DNA from: an uncultured Planctomycetia bacterium
Lineage (GTDB): Bacteria > Omnitrophota > Gorgyraeia > Duberdicusellales > 4484-171
Direction: 5' to 3'
NCBI GenBank assembly: GCA_964605645.1
Contig: CAZSDJ010000001.1
Coordinates: 20,079-84,078, forward strand
DNA: 64,000 bases
The first letter of the stretch is position 1, and every line of letters begins with the position of its first letter. The notes beneath the pieces were generated by a model. It was not told where the DNA came from, made no database searches, and saw only the letters and a list, made by a program, of their open reading frames with translations. Positions 53,312 through 62,646 of the stretch are shown piece after piece. The translations under genes were made by a program, and so were the position numbers.

Positions 53312-54081
53312 TATTGGTAAGGTTAAGAGAAGCGGGACAATTAACTACTTATAAAGCAGAAATTGCTTTAAAAGTTCATGATTATGTTTTGGTTGAGGCC
53401 GATCGAGGCAATGACTATGGCGAGGTGCTTGAAGTCAGTGAATTAGGCCGGCCGCTTGGTGATAAAAAAGCTGCAAGTTATAAAAATGTTATCAGAAAAA
53501 TGAACGATCAAGATAAAGGTATCTTAAAAAATAATAAAAAAGAAGCGCACGATGCGATGAAACTTTGTCAACGAAAAATAAAAGATTATAATTTAGCTAT
53601 GAAATTAGTGGATACTGAGTATTCTTTTGATAGGAAAAAACTTATATTCTATTTTATATCTGACAAGAGAGTAGATTTTCGTGAATTAGTCAAAGAACTC
53701 GCAAAGGTTTTTAAAGTAAGAATTGAAATGCGTCAAATCGGAGCTCGTGATGAGGCAAAGTTGTTTGGGGGGTTTGGCCCTTGCGGGGAAAAATTATGTT
53801 GTTGTCGATTTTTAAAAAGTTTCGAACCGGTAACTATGAAAATGGCTAAACAGCAAAAACTTCCCTTAGGATCCGGTAAAATATCCGGTATTTGTGGGAG
53901 GTTAATGTGTTGCCTTTCTTATGAATATAAGATTTATAAAGATTTATCAAAAAAGTTACCTAAAGAAGGCCAAAAAATAAATACCAAGCAAGGTAAAGGA
54001 AAAGTTATTTCTGTTAATGTGTTAAAAAAAATAATTCATGTAGAGTTGGAAGATGCAAGAGTAGAAAAAATACAATTTTAA
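53302..54081 (+). CDS. ricT: PSP1-domain protein RicT/YaaT-like
   Basis: PSP1 C-terminal-domain-like core with Cys clusters FGPCGEKLCCCRFL and ISGICGRLMCCLSYE. In the conserved position after holB. Confidence 0.8.
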   Translation: MQLVLVRLREAGQLTTYKAEIALKVHDYVLVEADRGNDYGEVLEVSELGRPLGDKKAASYKNVIRKMNDQDKGILKNNKKEAHDAMKLCQRKIKDYNLAMKLVDTEYSFDRKKLIFYFISDKRVDFRELVKELAKVFKVRIEMRQIGARDEAKLFGGFGPCGEKLCCCRFLKSFEPVTMKMAKQQKLPLGSGKISGICGRLMCCLSYEYKIYKDLSKKLPKEGQKINTKQGKGKVISVNVLKKIIHVELEDARVEKIQF

Positions 54082-54082
54082 A

Positions 54083-55636
54083 ATGAAAAAATTTTATTTA
54101 ACTTCGCCAATCTATTATGTCAACGCAAGCCCTCACATTGGGCATGCTTATACAAACATTATCTGTGATTGTATGGCAAGGTTTAGGCGGATAAAGGGCG
54201 AAAATGTTTTTTTCTTAACCGGAACCGATGAACACGGAGAAAAAATTCAGAAAGCCGCTGACAAAGAAGAGGTTAGTATCCAAAGTTTTATCGATAGTAA
54301 AGTAGATATTTTTAAACAATTATGGCCTAAATTAAATGTAGATTATGATTTTTTTGTACGTACTGGCTGGCAAAATCATGTTCAGGTTGTAAAAAAAGTT
54401 ATCGAAAAACTTTTTCAAAAAGGAGATATTTATAAATCAAAATACAGTGCTTTTTATTGCGTTGGCTGTGAAACTTTTTGGACTAAGCTTCAACTTGAAA
54501 AAGGCCAAAAATGCCCGGAATGCCGGCGGGACACCGAACAAATTGAAGAAGAAAATTATTTTTTTAAATTATCTAAATATGAAAAGTGGTTTAAGAAGTA
54601 TTTAAAAAATAATCCCGAGTTTATTCGGCCAAAAATCCGTTATAACGAAGTAAATGGCTTTCTCGAAAATCATCCTTTAACCGATTTATGCATATCGCGC
54701 CCGAAAAAAAGAATTTCGTGGGGGATAGATTTACCTATTGATCAAGATTATGTTGTTTATGTTTGGTTTGATGCTTTGATCAACTATATTAGCGGGATTG
54801 GTTATGATTTTGATGAAAAGAAATTTAATACTTTTTGGCCGGCTGATATTCATTTTATCGGGAAAGACATTCTTCGCCATCATGCGATTTTTTGGCCGAT
54901 TATGCTCAAAGCTTTAGATCTCGAAATTCCGAAATGTATTTTTGCTCATGGCTGGTGGAAGATAGAAGAGGAAAAAATTTCTAAATCAAAAGGTAATATT
55001 GTAAATCCGTTTGATTTAATTAGCCAATTAACTGAATTATTAGGAAGAGATAGCAATTTATCGGCAGACGCCCTCAGATATTTTTTGATGCGGGAAATTC
55101 CTGTAGGGGCAGATGGTAATTTTTCTTTAAAAGCTTTAATTAACCGTATTAATTCTGACCTTGCCAATGATTTAGGCAATCTTGTTTATCGCAGTTTAAA
55201 TATGGCGCAAAAGTATCATCAAGGAGAAGTTAAAGCTGTTTTCAAAAAAATGCCGCAAGAATTTCAAAAAAGTATCCACAAGTTAGAGAACAATTATGAT
55301 CAGTTTATAATTAGAGGAGAATTCCATAAAGCCTTAGATGCTCTTTTTGAATTGGTGAGTGTTATTAATAAATATATTGAAGATACAAAGCCTTGGATTT
55401 TAAAGAAAGAACAAAAAGAGAAAGAGTTAGATTCTTTTTTATATGCTATTTGTGAAGGGATTAGAATTATTTCAATATATCTTTATCCGATTATGCCTAA
55501 AACTTCTTATTCTATCCAAAAGCAATTAGGCATAAAAGATATTTCATTTTCCACCCGGGAAGCTAAATGGGCTAGTGTAGATAATTTCATAATAAAAAAA
55601 GAAAAGCCACTTTTTCCGAGAATTGATGTTACTTGA
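54083..55636 (+). CDS. metG: methionine--tRNA ligase (short form without C-terminal EMAP domain)
   Basis: HIGH motif (YYVNASPHIGHAYT), zinc knuckles CVGCETF...CPECRR, KMSKS (ISKSKGN). 517 aa. Confidence 0.95.
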   Translation: MKKFYLTSPIYYVNASPHIGHAYTNIICDCMARFRRIKGENVFFLTGTDEHGEKIQKAADKEEVSIQSFIDSKVDIFKQLWPKLNVDYDFFVRTGWQNHVQVVKKVIEKLFQKGDIYKSKYSAFYCVGCETFWTKLQLEKGQKCPECRRDTEQIEEENYFFKLSKYEKWFKKYLKNNPEFIRPKIRYNEVNGFLENHPLTDLCISRPKKRISWGIDLPIDQDYVVYVWFDALINYISGIGYDFDEKKFNTFWPADIHFIGKDILRHHAIFWPIMLKALDLEIPKCIFAHGWWKIEEEKISKSKGNIVNPFDLISQLTELLGRDSNLSADALRYFLMREIPVGADGNFSLKALINRINSDLANDLGNLVYRSLNMAQKYHQGEVKAVFKKMPQEFQKSIHKLENNYDQFIIRGEFHKALDALFELVSVINKYIEDTKPWILKKEQKEKELDSFLYAICEGIRIISIYLYPIMPKTSYSIQKQLGIKDISFSTREAKWASVDNFIIKKEKPLFPRIDVT

Positions 55637-56408
55637 TTCACATTGCCATCTTAATTCATTATCAGAAGAAAAATTAAAAGATGTTGTTGAATATTTTAGC
55701 AGTAAAGGCAATAAACTCATTGATTCGAGTATCGATCTAAAAACGAGTCAAGATTCTCTTCATTTATCAAACCGGTACCCTTTTATCTATAATTCATTGG
55801 GTTTTCATCCTTTCAACTATCATAATTTTTCCGATCAACTTTATAAAAAATATAAAAAAATTATCAAGGAAAACAGTAAGATTGTTGCCTTAGGTGAAAT
55901 TGGACTGGATTACAAAGCAAGCCTTTCTCTGGATCAGCAAGAAGCTATCTTTAAAAAATTGCTTATTTTAGCAAAAGAAACTGATTTAACTGTGCTCATT
56001 CACTACCGAGTAGATGGTCATAACCGGCATGGCAGCAATGATTTAAACAAGCCAAGGATTTTAGCAATTCTTGATGATTTTTTTGTTGATTACAAAAGAA
56101 TAGTTTTTCATTGCTTTTCTTACTCCTATTCTTTTTTAGCTCAAATTATAGACAGAGGAGGTTTTGCTTCTTTTTCACTTAATCTGTTAAGGGGCAATAA
56201 AAAAATTATTGATTCTTTGCAAAAGTGCCCGGTAAATAATTTACTGCTCGAAACAGATTCTCCTTATATGAGAATTAAAGGAGAGCCGTCGAGCCCCGAG
56301 GATATAGAATCTGTTTATTGTTATGCATCAGAATTAAAAGGTATCTCCAGAAGTAAACTAGAAGAAAAAGTTTTTGATAATGCACAAAAAGTATTTAAAA
56401 AAATATGA
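55623..56408 (+). CDS. tatD: TatD-family metal-dependent hydrolase
   Basis: MMLLDSHCHL is the N-terminal metal-binding HxH. The downstream H and D ligands are spaced as in TatD. It overlaps the metG end. Confidence 0.85.
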   Translation: MMLLDSHCHLNSLSEEKLKDVVEYFSSKGNKLIDSSIDLKTSQDSLHLSNRYPFIYNSLGFHPFNYHNFSDQLYKKYKKIIKENSKIVALGEIGLDYKASLSLDQQEAIFKKLLILAKETDLTVLIHYRVDGHNRHGSNDLNKPRILAILDDFFVDYKRIVFHCFSYSYSFLAQIIDRGGFASFSLNLLRGNKKIIDSLQKCPVNNLLLETDSPYMRIKGEPSSPEDIESVYCYASELKGISRSKLEEKVFDNAQKVFKKI

Positions 56409-57436
56409 AATCGGTAGAATTTAAAAATAAAAAATTATTTTATCTGGACCAAACAAAACTTCCCAGCCAAGAAGTTTGGGAAAGCTGCAAAACTATAAAA
56501 TCAGGTTGGAAAGCAATAAAAGAACTTCAAGTTAGAGGAGCACCATTAATCGGTGTTTTTGCTGCATATTGTATTTGTGTTCATCTAGACAGGCTGTCTG
56601 ATAAAAAAGCAATTTTTTTTGATCAATTTAAAAAAATACTTAATTATTTGAAATCAGCTCGGCCAACCGCAGTAAATTTATTTTGGGCTTTGAATAGATT
56701 AGATAAAGTTGCAGCGGAAAACAAGCAACAACCTGTTAGTAAAATAAAAAAAGTTATTATCCAAGAAGCTAAAACTATCCATAAAGAAGATATTGAAACT
56801 TGCAAGAAGCTATCGGATTATGGGGCAAAGTTGATAAAGCATAATGAAAATATTCTAACTCATTGCAATACTGGATTTTTGGCTACTTCCGGCCAAGGGA
56901 CAGCTTTAGGTGTAATTTTTACAGCAAAAAAACAAGGTAAAAAAATAACAGTTTATGTAGATGAAACTCGTCCACTTCTTCAAGGTTCACGCTTAACTGC
57001 CTGGGAGCTCAATAAAAAAAGAGTAAAATCTTTTTTGATAACCGACAATACAGCTGCATTTTTAATGGCAAAGAAGCGGATAGATAAGATTTTTTTAGGA
57101 GCAGACAGAATAGCTGCATCAGGAGATGTGGCAAATAAAATCGGTACTTATAATTTAGCGGTTTTGGCTAATTATCATCAAATTCCTTTTTATGTTGTTG
57201 CGCCTAAAAGTACCTTTGATTTGAGTTTAGCAACCGGTAAAGATATTATTATCGAAGAAAGAAACCAGCTGGAAGTTAAAAAAATATTAGGTAAAATCTT
57301 AACTTGTCCAAAAAAAACAAAAGCCCTTAATTTTGCTTTTGATATCACTCCGGCAAAATTGATTACCGCTATAATAACTGATAAAGGTATAATTCATGCA
57401 CCTTGTAAAAAAAATATTAAAAAGGTGATCAAATGA
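56405..57436 (+). CDS. eIF-2B alpha/beta/delta-family sugar-phosphate isomerase (MtnA / ribose-1,5-bisphosphate isomerase-like)
   Basis: LDQTKLP...VRGAPLIGVFAAY, HCNTGFLATSGQGTALGVI and GADRIAASGDVANKIGTYNLAVLA are family hallmarks. Substrate specificity cannot be assigned from sequence alone. Confidence 0.75.
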   Translation: MKSVEFKNKKLFYLDQTKLPSQEVWESCKTIKSGWKAIKELQVRGAPLIGVFAAYCICVHLDRLSDKKAIFFDQFKKILNYLKSARPTAVNLFWALNRLDKVAAENKQQPVSKIKKVIIQEAKTIHKEDIETCKKLSDYGAKLIKHNENILTHCNTGFLATSGQGTALGVIFTAKKQGKKITVYVDETRPLLQGSRLTAWELNKKRVKSFLITDNTAAFLMAKKRIDKIFLGADRIAASGDVANKIGTYNLAVLANYHQIPFYVVAPKSTFDLSLATGKDIIIEERNQLEVKKILGKILTCPKKTKALNFAFDITPAKLITAIITDKGIIHAPCKKNIKKVIK

Positions 57437-57876
57437 CTATAATTTCAGAATCTGACAAGCAAACAAAATCTTTGGGGGCTAATTTTTCGAAATTATTAGA
57501 AAAAGAAGATATTGTTCTTTTAGAAGGAGAATTAGGAAGCGGAAAAACTACCTTTTCTAAAGGGGTGGTTCAGGGTTTGGGCTATAAAAAAGATGTGCTT
57601 AGCCCGTCTTTTACCTTGGTAAGAAGATATAAAATTGATACAATAATAATTAATCATATAGATCTTTATCGGTTGGATAAAAAAAGTTTTAGTTCAATAG
57701 ATATTGAAGAGTATCTTTTTAATAAAAATAGCATATCTCTTGTTGAGTGGGGAAAAAAAATTGAACCTTGTCTGGATAAATGTTTAATTGTAAAATTTCT
57801 GTTTTTAGATATGGACAAAAGAAAACTGTCATTTTCACAAAAAGGATATAGTAAAAACAAACTTCAAAATTTATGA
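57433..57876 (+). CDS. tsaE: tRNA t6A37 threonylcarbamoyladenosine biosynthesis protein TsaE
   Basis: P-loop LLEGELGSGKTTFSKG, followed by SPSFTL and HIDLYRL motifs. 147 aa. Confidence 0.85.
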   Translation: MTIISESDKQTKSLGANFSKLLEKEDIVLLEGELGSGKTTFSKGVVQGLGYKKDVLSPSFTLVRRYKIDTIIINHIDLYRLDKKSFSSIDIEEYLFNKNSISLVEWGKKIEPCLDKCLIVKFLFLDMDKRKLSFSQKGYSKNKLQNL

Positions 57877-58547
57877 ATATTTTAGCGATTGATGCTTCTT
57901 CTCGAAAGATATCATACAGTATTGTAAACAATAATCAACTTCTCTATGAATACAATCGAGTTGCTGAAAAAGGGGCTTCTTTATTTGTATCTAAATTAAA
58001 AAAAACTTTAAAAACAGTAAAAATGAGTATAAATAATTTTGATTTTTTTGTCATCGGGTCAGGGCCGGGTTCTTTTACCGGTTTGAGAATTTCTTTTAGT
58101 ATAATTAAAGCTTTTGCCTTAGCTGTGAACAAACCAATATTTTCTCAAAACAGCTTTTCGGCTTGTGCTTATCCGTTGCGAAAAAATATAAAAAAAATTG
58201 CTGTTATTTCTGATGCAAAGAAAAATCTCATTTATGCAGGATTTTTTACATCAACTAACAATGGATTTCAAGAACAAGCCAAACCAAAGCTTATGAAATT
58301 AGAAGATTGCATAAAAAAGAGAAAAAATTATTTTTTTGTTACCTATGATTCTTTTTTACGAAAAGAGGCTGAAAAAATAGATAAAAATGTAAGATTTTGC
58401 CCAACTGATATATATCCCGAGTCTAGGTATCTTATTGATCAAATAGATTTAAGTAAAATAAGCTATAACTTAAAAAAAATAAAGCCATTGTACTTGCATC
58501 CTATGGATTGTCAGGTGCGCAAGAGGAGTAAAAAGAATATTCTATGA
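57873..58547 (+). CDS. tsaB: tRNA t6A37 threonylcarbamoyladenosine biosynthesis protein TsaB (inactive Kae1/YeaZ paralogue)
   Basis: ILAIDASS start, GPGSFTGLRI motif. 224 aa, immediately after tsaE. Confidence 0.8.
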   Translation: MNILAIDASSRKISYSIVNNNQLLYEYNRVAEKGASLFVSKLKKTLKTVKMSINNFDFFVIGSGPGSFTGLRISFSIIKAFALAVNKPIFSQNSFSACAYPLRKNIKKIAVISDAKKNLIYAGFFTSTNNGFQEQAKPKLMKLEDCIKKRKNYFFVTYDSFLRKEAEKIDKNVRFCPTDIYPESRYLIDQIDLSKISYNLKKIKPLYLHPMDCQVRKRSKKNIL

Positions 58548-59653
58548 AAAGGCCAATTTGGGTGGATATTGATTTAGGTGCGATTTCTCAAAATATAAAA
58601 AAGATTAAAGAGATTGTAGGCAAGCGTGTAAAAATTATGGGGATATTAAAGCAATCCGGTTATGGCCATGGCTTGATCCCGATAGCTCGGAAACTTTATG
58701 AAGAAGGTATTAATTATTTTGGTGTAGGCAGTATCAATGAAGCGATCGTGTTGCGCGAAGATGGATATCGGGGTCAAATCCTTCTTTTAAGTACTGTTTC
58801 TAAAGAGTTGGTGTCTTTTTTTATTCGTTTTCAAATAACAGCAACAATTGTGGATTATGATTTTGCTTGTCAGTTAAATCAGGAAGCTAAAAAAGTAAAT
58901 AAAACTATTCCAATCCATATAAAAGTCGATACTGGCATGGGAAGGTTAGGATTTTATCCTGATCAAATTTATTCTTTTTTAGAAAAAATAAAAAAATTAG
59001 ATTTTCTCGCTCTAGAAGGAATGTATACTCATTTTCCCGTGGCTGACTCGAATTCTGATTTTACGAATAAGCAATTAGATATCTTTCAAAAGTTAATAAA
59101 AGATCTTAAGGGAAAAAATATAAATTTTAAATATTATCATAGTGCTAATAGCTTGGGCGTGGTCAATTATCCAAACTCTTATTTGAATATGGTGCGGCCG
59201 GGTTTAATTCTTTATGGGATTAAACCTTCAAATAATTTAAATATAAGTATCAAGCCGGTTTTAAGTTTTAAAGCTAAAATAATTTTTATCAAAGAAGTTC
59301 CTCCCGGCAAAACTGTAGGCTATGGAGCGGAATTTGTTGTGAAAAAAAACACAAGAATTGCAACTGTTTCTGTGGGGTACGCTGATGGATATCCTTGGGC
59401 TCTATCAAATTGTGCGAAAGTGTTAATCCAGGGGAAAGTATTTAATGTTGCCGGGCGAATTTGCATGGATCACATTATGGTTGATCTAGGCGATAACAAA
59501 AAAATTAAAAAAGGAGATACCGTCATCTTGATTGGTAAAGATGATGATCAGGAAATAAAAGCTGAAGATTTAGCCGTTTGGGCAAAAACCATCCCTTATG
59601 AAATAGTAACTCGCATCTCTAAAGAAGTTCCCCGTTCTTATTTAGATGTTTAA
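58544..59653 (+). CDS. alr: alanine racemase
   Basis: PLP-lysine region (ILKQSGYGHG) and C-terminal beta domain with YGAEFV/ VSVGYADGY and CMDHIMVD motifs. 369 aa. Confidence 0.9.
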   Translation: MKRPIWVDIDLGAISQNIKKIKEIVGKRVKIMGILKQSGYGHGLIPIARKLYEEGINYFGVGSINEAIVLREDGYRGQILLLSTVSKELVSFFIRFQITATIVDYDFACQLNQEAKKVNKTIPIHIKVDTGMGRLGFYPDQIYSFLEKIKKLDFLALEGMYTHFPVADSNSDFTNKQLDIFQKLIKDLKGKNINFKYYHSANSLGVVNYPNSYLNMVRPGLILYGIKPSNNLNISIKPVLSFKAKIIFIKEVPPGKTVGYGAEFVVKKNTRIATVSVGYADGYPWALSNCAKVLIQGKVFNVAGRICMDHIMVDLGDNKKIKKGDTVILIGKDDDQEIKAEDLAVWAKTIPYEIVTRISKEVPRSYLDV

Positions 59654-60739
59654 CTAACGGATCAAATAGAGGCCGGTTATCCCGATACTTACGAAAAAAA
59701 GTGGAGCTAACCAGGCAGAAAAAAAAGGTAAAATCATCCCCGATTTACCTAAAGCAATACTTATTGAATCGGTTAGAGAATATAAAAGTGAAAACATAAG
59801 GCCTATCCCTACTGCTGCAAAAGTAGCTTTTCTTTTTCTAATTTCAAGAGCAACCGGTAAGGAACCAATAATTAAAAAAAGATGGGAAAAGGGGAAAGCA
59901 ATTTTTTTATAAAAGTCAATTTTTAAATTTCGTAAAAGTTTTCCGGAAGTGACATTTTGGAGGTCAATAATTTGTTTTTTAATTTTTTTAAGTGGTGCGA
60001 ATTCTGTAAACATGCTTTTTTCAAATATAAGTTCATTTGGTTTTTTTGACAGAGAAAGTACTGCCCTATTTACAATAGTAGGAGCTCTTTGTAAACTTTT
60101 TCTATCACTTAAATCAGACTCTACCAGATCATAAGCTATCCATTTTCCATTTTCATAATGAGCTGTTTTAGAATGAATTTTTCTTAAAAGATTGCCTGAT
60201 TTATTTTGTTTAAAAATTATAATATTTTCTAATTTTTTTTCTTGAGGCAGGAAAGTTTCAATAAAAAAAATAGAATTATCGGAGCTAAAAGCCAAATTTG
60301 TTACTTCAGATTTTTTTGTTTCTTTTTCAATGTGTTGGTTTTTAATGTTTGTCATTTTAGTTTGTGATCTAATAAGTACTTTTTCTTGCAGAAAGAATAC
60401 AAAACAAGATATGAAGATTGCAAAAAAAAGAGCAGGATAAGCTACCCTGGGGCTGCTGATACCCGAAGTCCTAATGCTTATCAATTCGTTATTTTTAGCC
60501 AGATTGCTGTAGATGTATAATACACTCATCAACAGCGCCATCGGGCTTACTCTGGTTATAATCAGAGGTAAATAATAAATGTAATATTTAGCAATAATAA
60601 TCAGTGAAGGTTTATTTTTTAAGATATCGGAAAGAGTAGAAAATACATCTATTAATAAGTGGAGGCCGGTAAATAAAAGCAATACAAACAGATAAGAAAG
60701 TGCGATATTTTTTAAGATGTATTTATCTAGAATACGCAT
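59654..60739 (-). CDS. lptG: LPS export ABC permease, LptF/LptG (YjgP/YjgQ) family; second gene of pair
   Basis: MRILDKYILKNI... is the N-terminal TM bundle. ELISIRTSGIS matches the family (E. coli ELVVMQASG). It has a periplasmic beta-jellyroll insert, 3+3 TM, and overlaps the upstream paralogue. Confidence 0.75.
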   Translation of the reverse strand: MRILDKYILKNIALSYLFVLLLFTGLHLLIDVFSTLSDILKNKPSLIIIAKYYIYYLPLIITRVSPMALLMSVLYIYSNLAKNNELISIRTSGISSPRVAYPALFFAIFISCFVFFLQEKVLIRSQTKMTNIKNQHIEKETKKSEVTNLAFSSDNSIFFIETFLPQEKKLENIIIFKQNKSGNLLRKIHSKTAHYENGKWIAYDLVESDLSDRKSLQRAPTIVNRAVLSLSKKPNELIFEKSMFTEFAPLKKIKKQIIDLQNVTSGKLLRNLKIDFYKKIAFPFSHLFLIIGSLPVALEIRKRKATFAAVGIGLMFSLLYSLTDSISIALGKSGMILPFFSAWLAPLFFVSIGITGLYLIR

Positions 60740-61850
60740 ATTTATAAAAAAGAAAAAATCCTGCCAAGATTATGATTATATTGGGAAGCCACATCGCCAA
60801 GGGAGGAGGCAGGATATGATATTCAGTTAAAGTTTCGCCAAGTAGGAAAAAGAGGTAATAAATACCTGCAGTTATGGCAGCAATTATGAAGTTAATTGAT
60901 TTTTCTCGATGTCTTATAGTCATCGATACTCCAAAACCTAAAATTACAAATGCCAAAGGGGCAAAGGAAAAACTTATTCTTCTGTGGAATTCAGCTAGAA
61001 TTTCAGCCGGTAGTTCTGCTTCTACTTGATTTTGAGTTTTTTTACGAAAATTATTTATTTTTTGTTTTAATTCCTCTAAGCGCATATCTTTAGGCACTTT
61101 TTTAATTACTTCATTTTTATCTTCTTGAATAGGTAAATCCATAAAAAATCTCTTAAAATTAAGGCGATAAGGGCCGGTTTCACTGTCCGGATTTGTGATG
61201 TCCCGAAAACCTTGTTCAAGTTTTATTTTTAAAATATTTTTGTCTACCACAAATTTGCCTCGTTTTGCAAAAGTAATTTCTGTTATGTTTTCTTTTTTAT
61301 CGGTTTTATAAATATAAATATTTTTTAAATCTTGATTATTTTTATCTGTAACATACAAAATATGATTTTTAAATTCATCCAAAAAAACACCGGGTTCTAT
61401 TAATGCCGGGAGGTTTTTTGAATAAGTATTTTTTAGTTGAGTGTGATAACGATAGTTAGTGTCCGGGATCACTGTACTTTTTAAAAAAAGTAAAAACAGG
61501 GAGAAAATTAAGCCAATTAATAAGAATATAGAAAAAATTTTAATTAATGATATCCCTGAACTCTGCATCGCCACTAATTCATTATCGACTATTAATCTGC
61601 CTATAGCTAATAAAATTGCAAATAGAAAAGCAAGGGGGATAGTATATTCTGAAATTCTGGGAGCAACAAAATAAAATACTTTTAATGCCGAAACAACAGG
61701 AACTCCTTTTCGTATTATCAGATCTGATATTTTATATAAGCTTCCTCCCAAAAAGAAAACATTTATTATCAAGAATGAAAAACCAAAAACTGTTAAAAAT
61801 TCTTTTAAAATATAATTACGTAATATTTTCATTTTTATTAATAGTAGCAA
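60723..61850 (-). CDS. lptF: LPS export ABC permease, LptF/LptG (YjgP/YjgQ) family; first gene of pair
   Basis: MKILRNYILKEF..., ELVAMQSSGISL, same architecture. The F-versus-G assignment is by gene order only. Confidence 0.75.
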   Translation of the reverse strand: MLLLIKMKILRNYILKEFLTVFGFSFLIINVFFLGGSLYKISDLIIRKGVPVVSALKVFYFVAPRISEYTIPLAFLFAILLAIGRLIVDNELVAMQSSGISLIKIFSIFLLIGLIFSLFLLFLKSTVIPDTNYRYHTQLKNTYSKNLPALIEPGVFLDEFKNHILYVTDKNNQDLKNIYIYKTDKKENITEITFAKRGKFVVDKNILKIKLEQGFRDITNPDSETGPYRLNFKRFFMDLPIQEDKNEVIKKVPKDMRLEELKQKINNFRKKTQNQVEAELPAEILAEFHRRISFSFAPLAFVILGFGVSMTIRHREKSINFIIAAITAGIYYLFFLLGETLTEYHILPPPLAMWLPNIIIILAGFFLFYKYAYSR

Positions 61851-62516
61851 TTACCTGGCAAGAGTAATTGCATAAATCTTGTTTGCTCCTTTTTCTTTTA
61901 AAGATCGCCAACAAGCTGAAATTGTGGAGCCGGTTGTAAAAACATCATCAATCAAGATTATATTTGTATTGCTTAGGTCTTTTTTTGTTATAAATTTTCC
62001 CCGGACATTTTCTTTTCGCTTTCGGGAAGAAAACTTAGTTTGGGAATTTTTAATATATTTTGAAATTATTATATCATTTTTTAAAGGTAATTGAAAATAT
62101 TTTGCAATATAAAAAGCAATTAATTCCGCTTGATTATAACCCCTTAATTTTATTTTATAGGGATGGAGTGGAACAGGAACGATAAAGTCATAGTATAAAG
62201 CGTTGAATTTGATAGTTTTTAATTGTTTTATTATTAATTGGGAAAGAAATTTACTTAGATAATCACAATTATTATATTTAAAAGAATGGATTAAATTCCG
62301 CATTGGACCGCGATAAGTGCAGATACTATTGACCGTAAGGCTGTCTTGGGATTGACAGTTGAGTTTTAATCGTGTGTAGCAGTTTGGGGGGAAAAGCAGT
62401 TTTATTTGGTTTTGACAGGGAAGGCAAAGGTGATTTTCAGTTATTTTTATCCCGCAATGCAGACAAGTTAAAGGAAAGAACAAGTTTTTTGTAATTGCTA
62501 ATATTTTTTTAAACAT
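61851..62516 (-). CDS. comFC: ComF-family protein (ComFC, phosphoribosyltransferase-like)
   Basis: N-terminal zinc ribbon CLHCG....CLPCQ and C-terminal PRTase motif ILIDDVFTTGSTI. 221 aa. Confidence 0.8.
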   Translation of the reverse strand: MFKKILAITKNLFFPLTCLHCGIKITENHLCLPCQNQIKLLFPPNCYTRLKLNCQSQDSLTVNSICTYRGPMRNLIHSFKYNNCDYLSKFLSQLIIKQLKTIKFNALYYDFIVPVPLHPYKIKLRGYNQAELIAFYIAKYFQLPLKNDIIISKYIKNSQTKFSSRKRKENVRGKFITKKDLSNTNIILIDDVFTTGSTISACWRSLKEKGANKIYAITLAR

Positions 62517-62646
62517 AAAATTATTTTAGTTTTTTCTGATATTTATACAAGATTTTATTTAAAAAATAAATTATGATTAAAAATATTTACTTTTTGTTAA
62601 TGGTTATAGTATAATAAACTTAATTATCGGAAACTTTTAAATAGTA

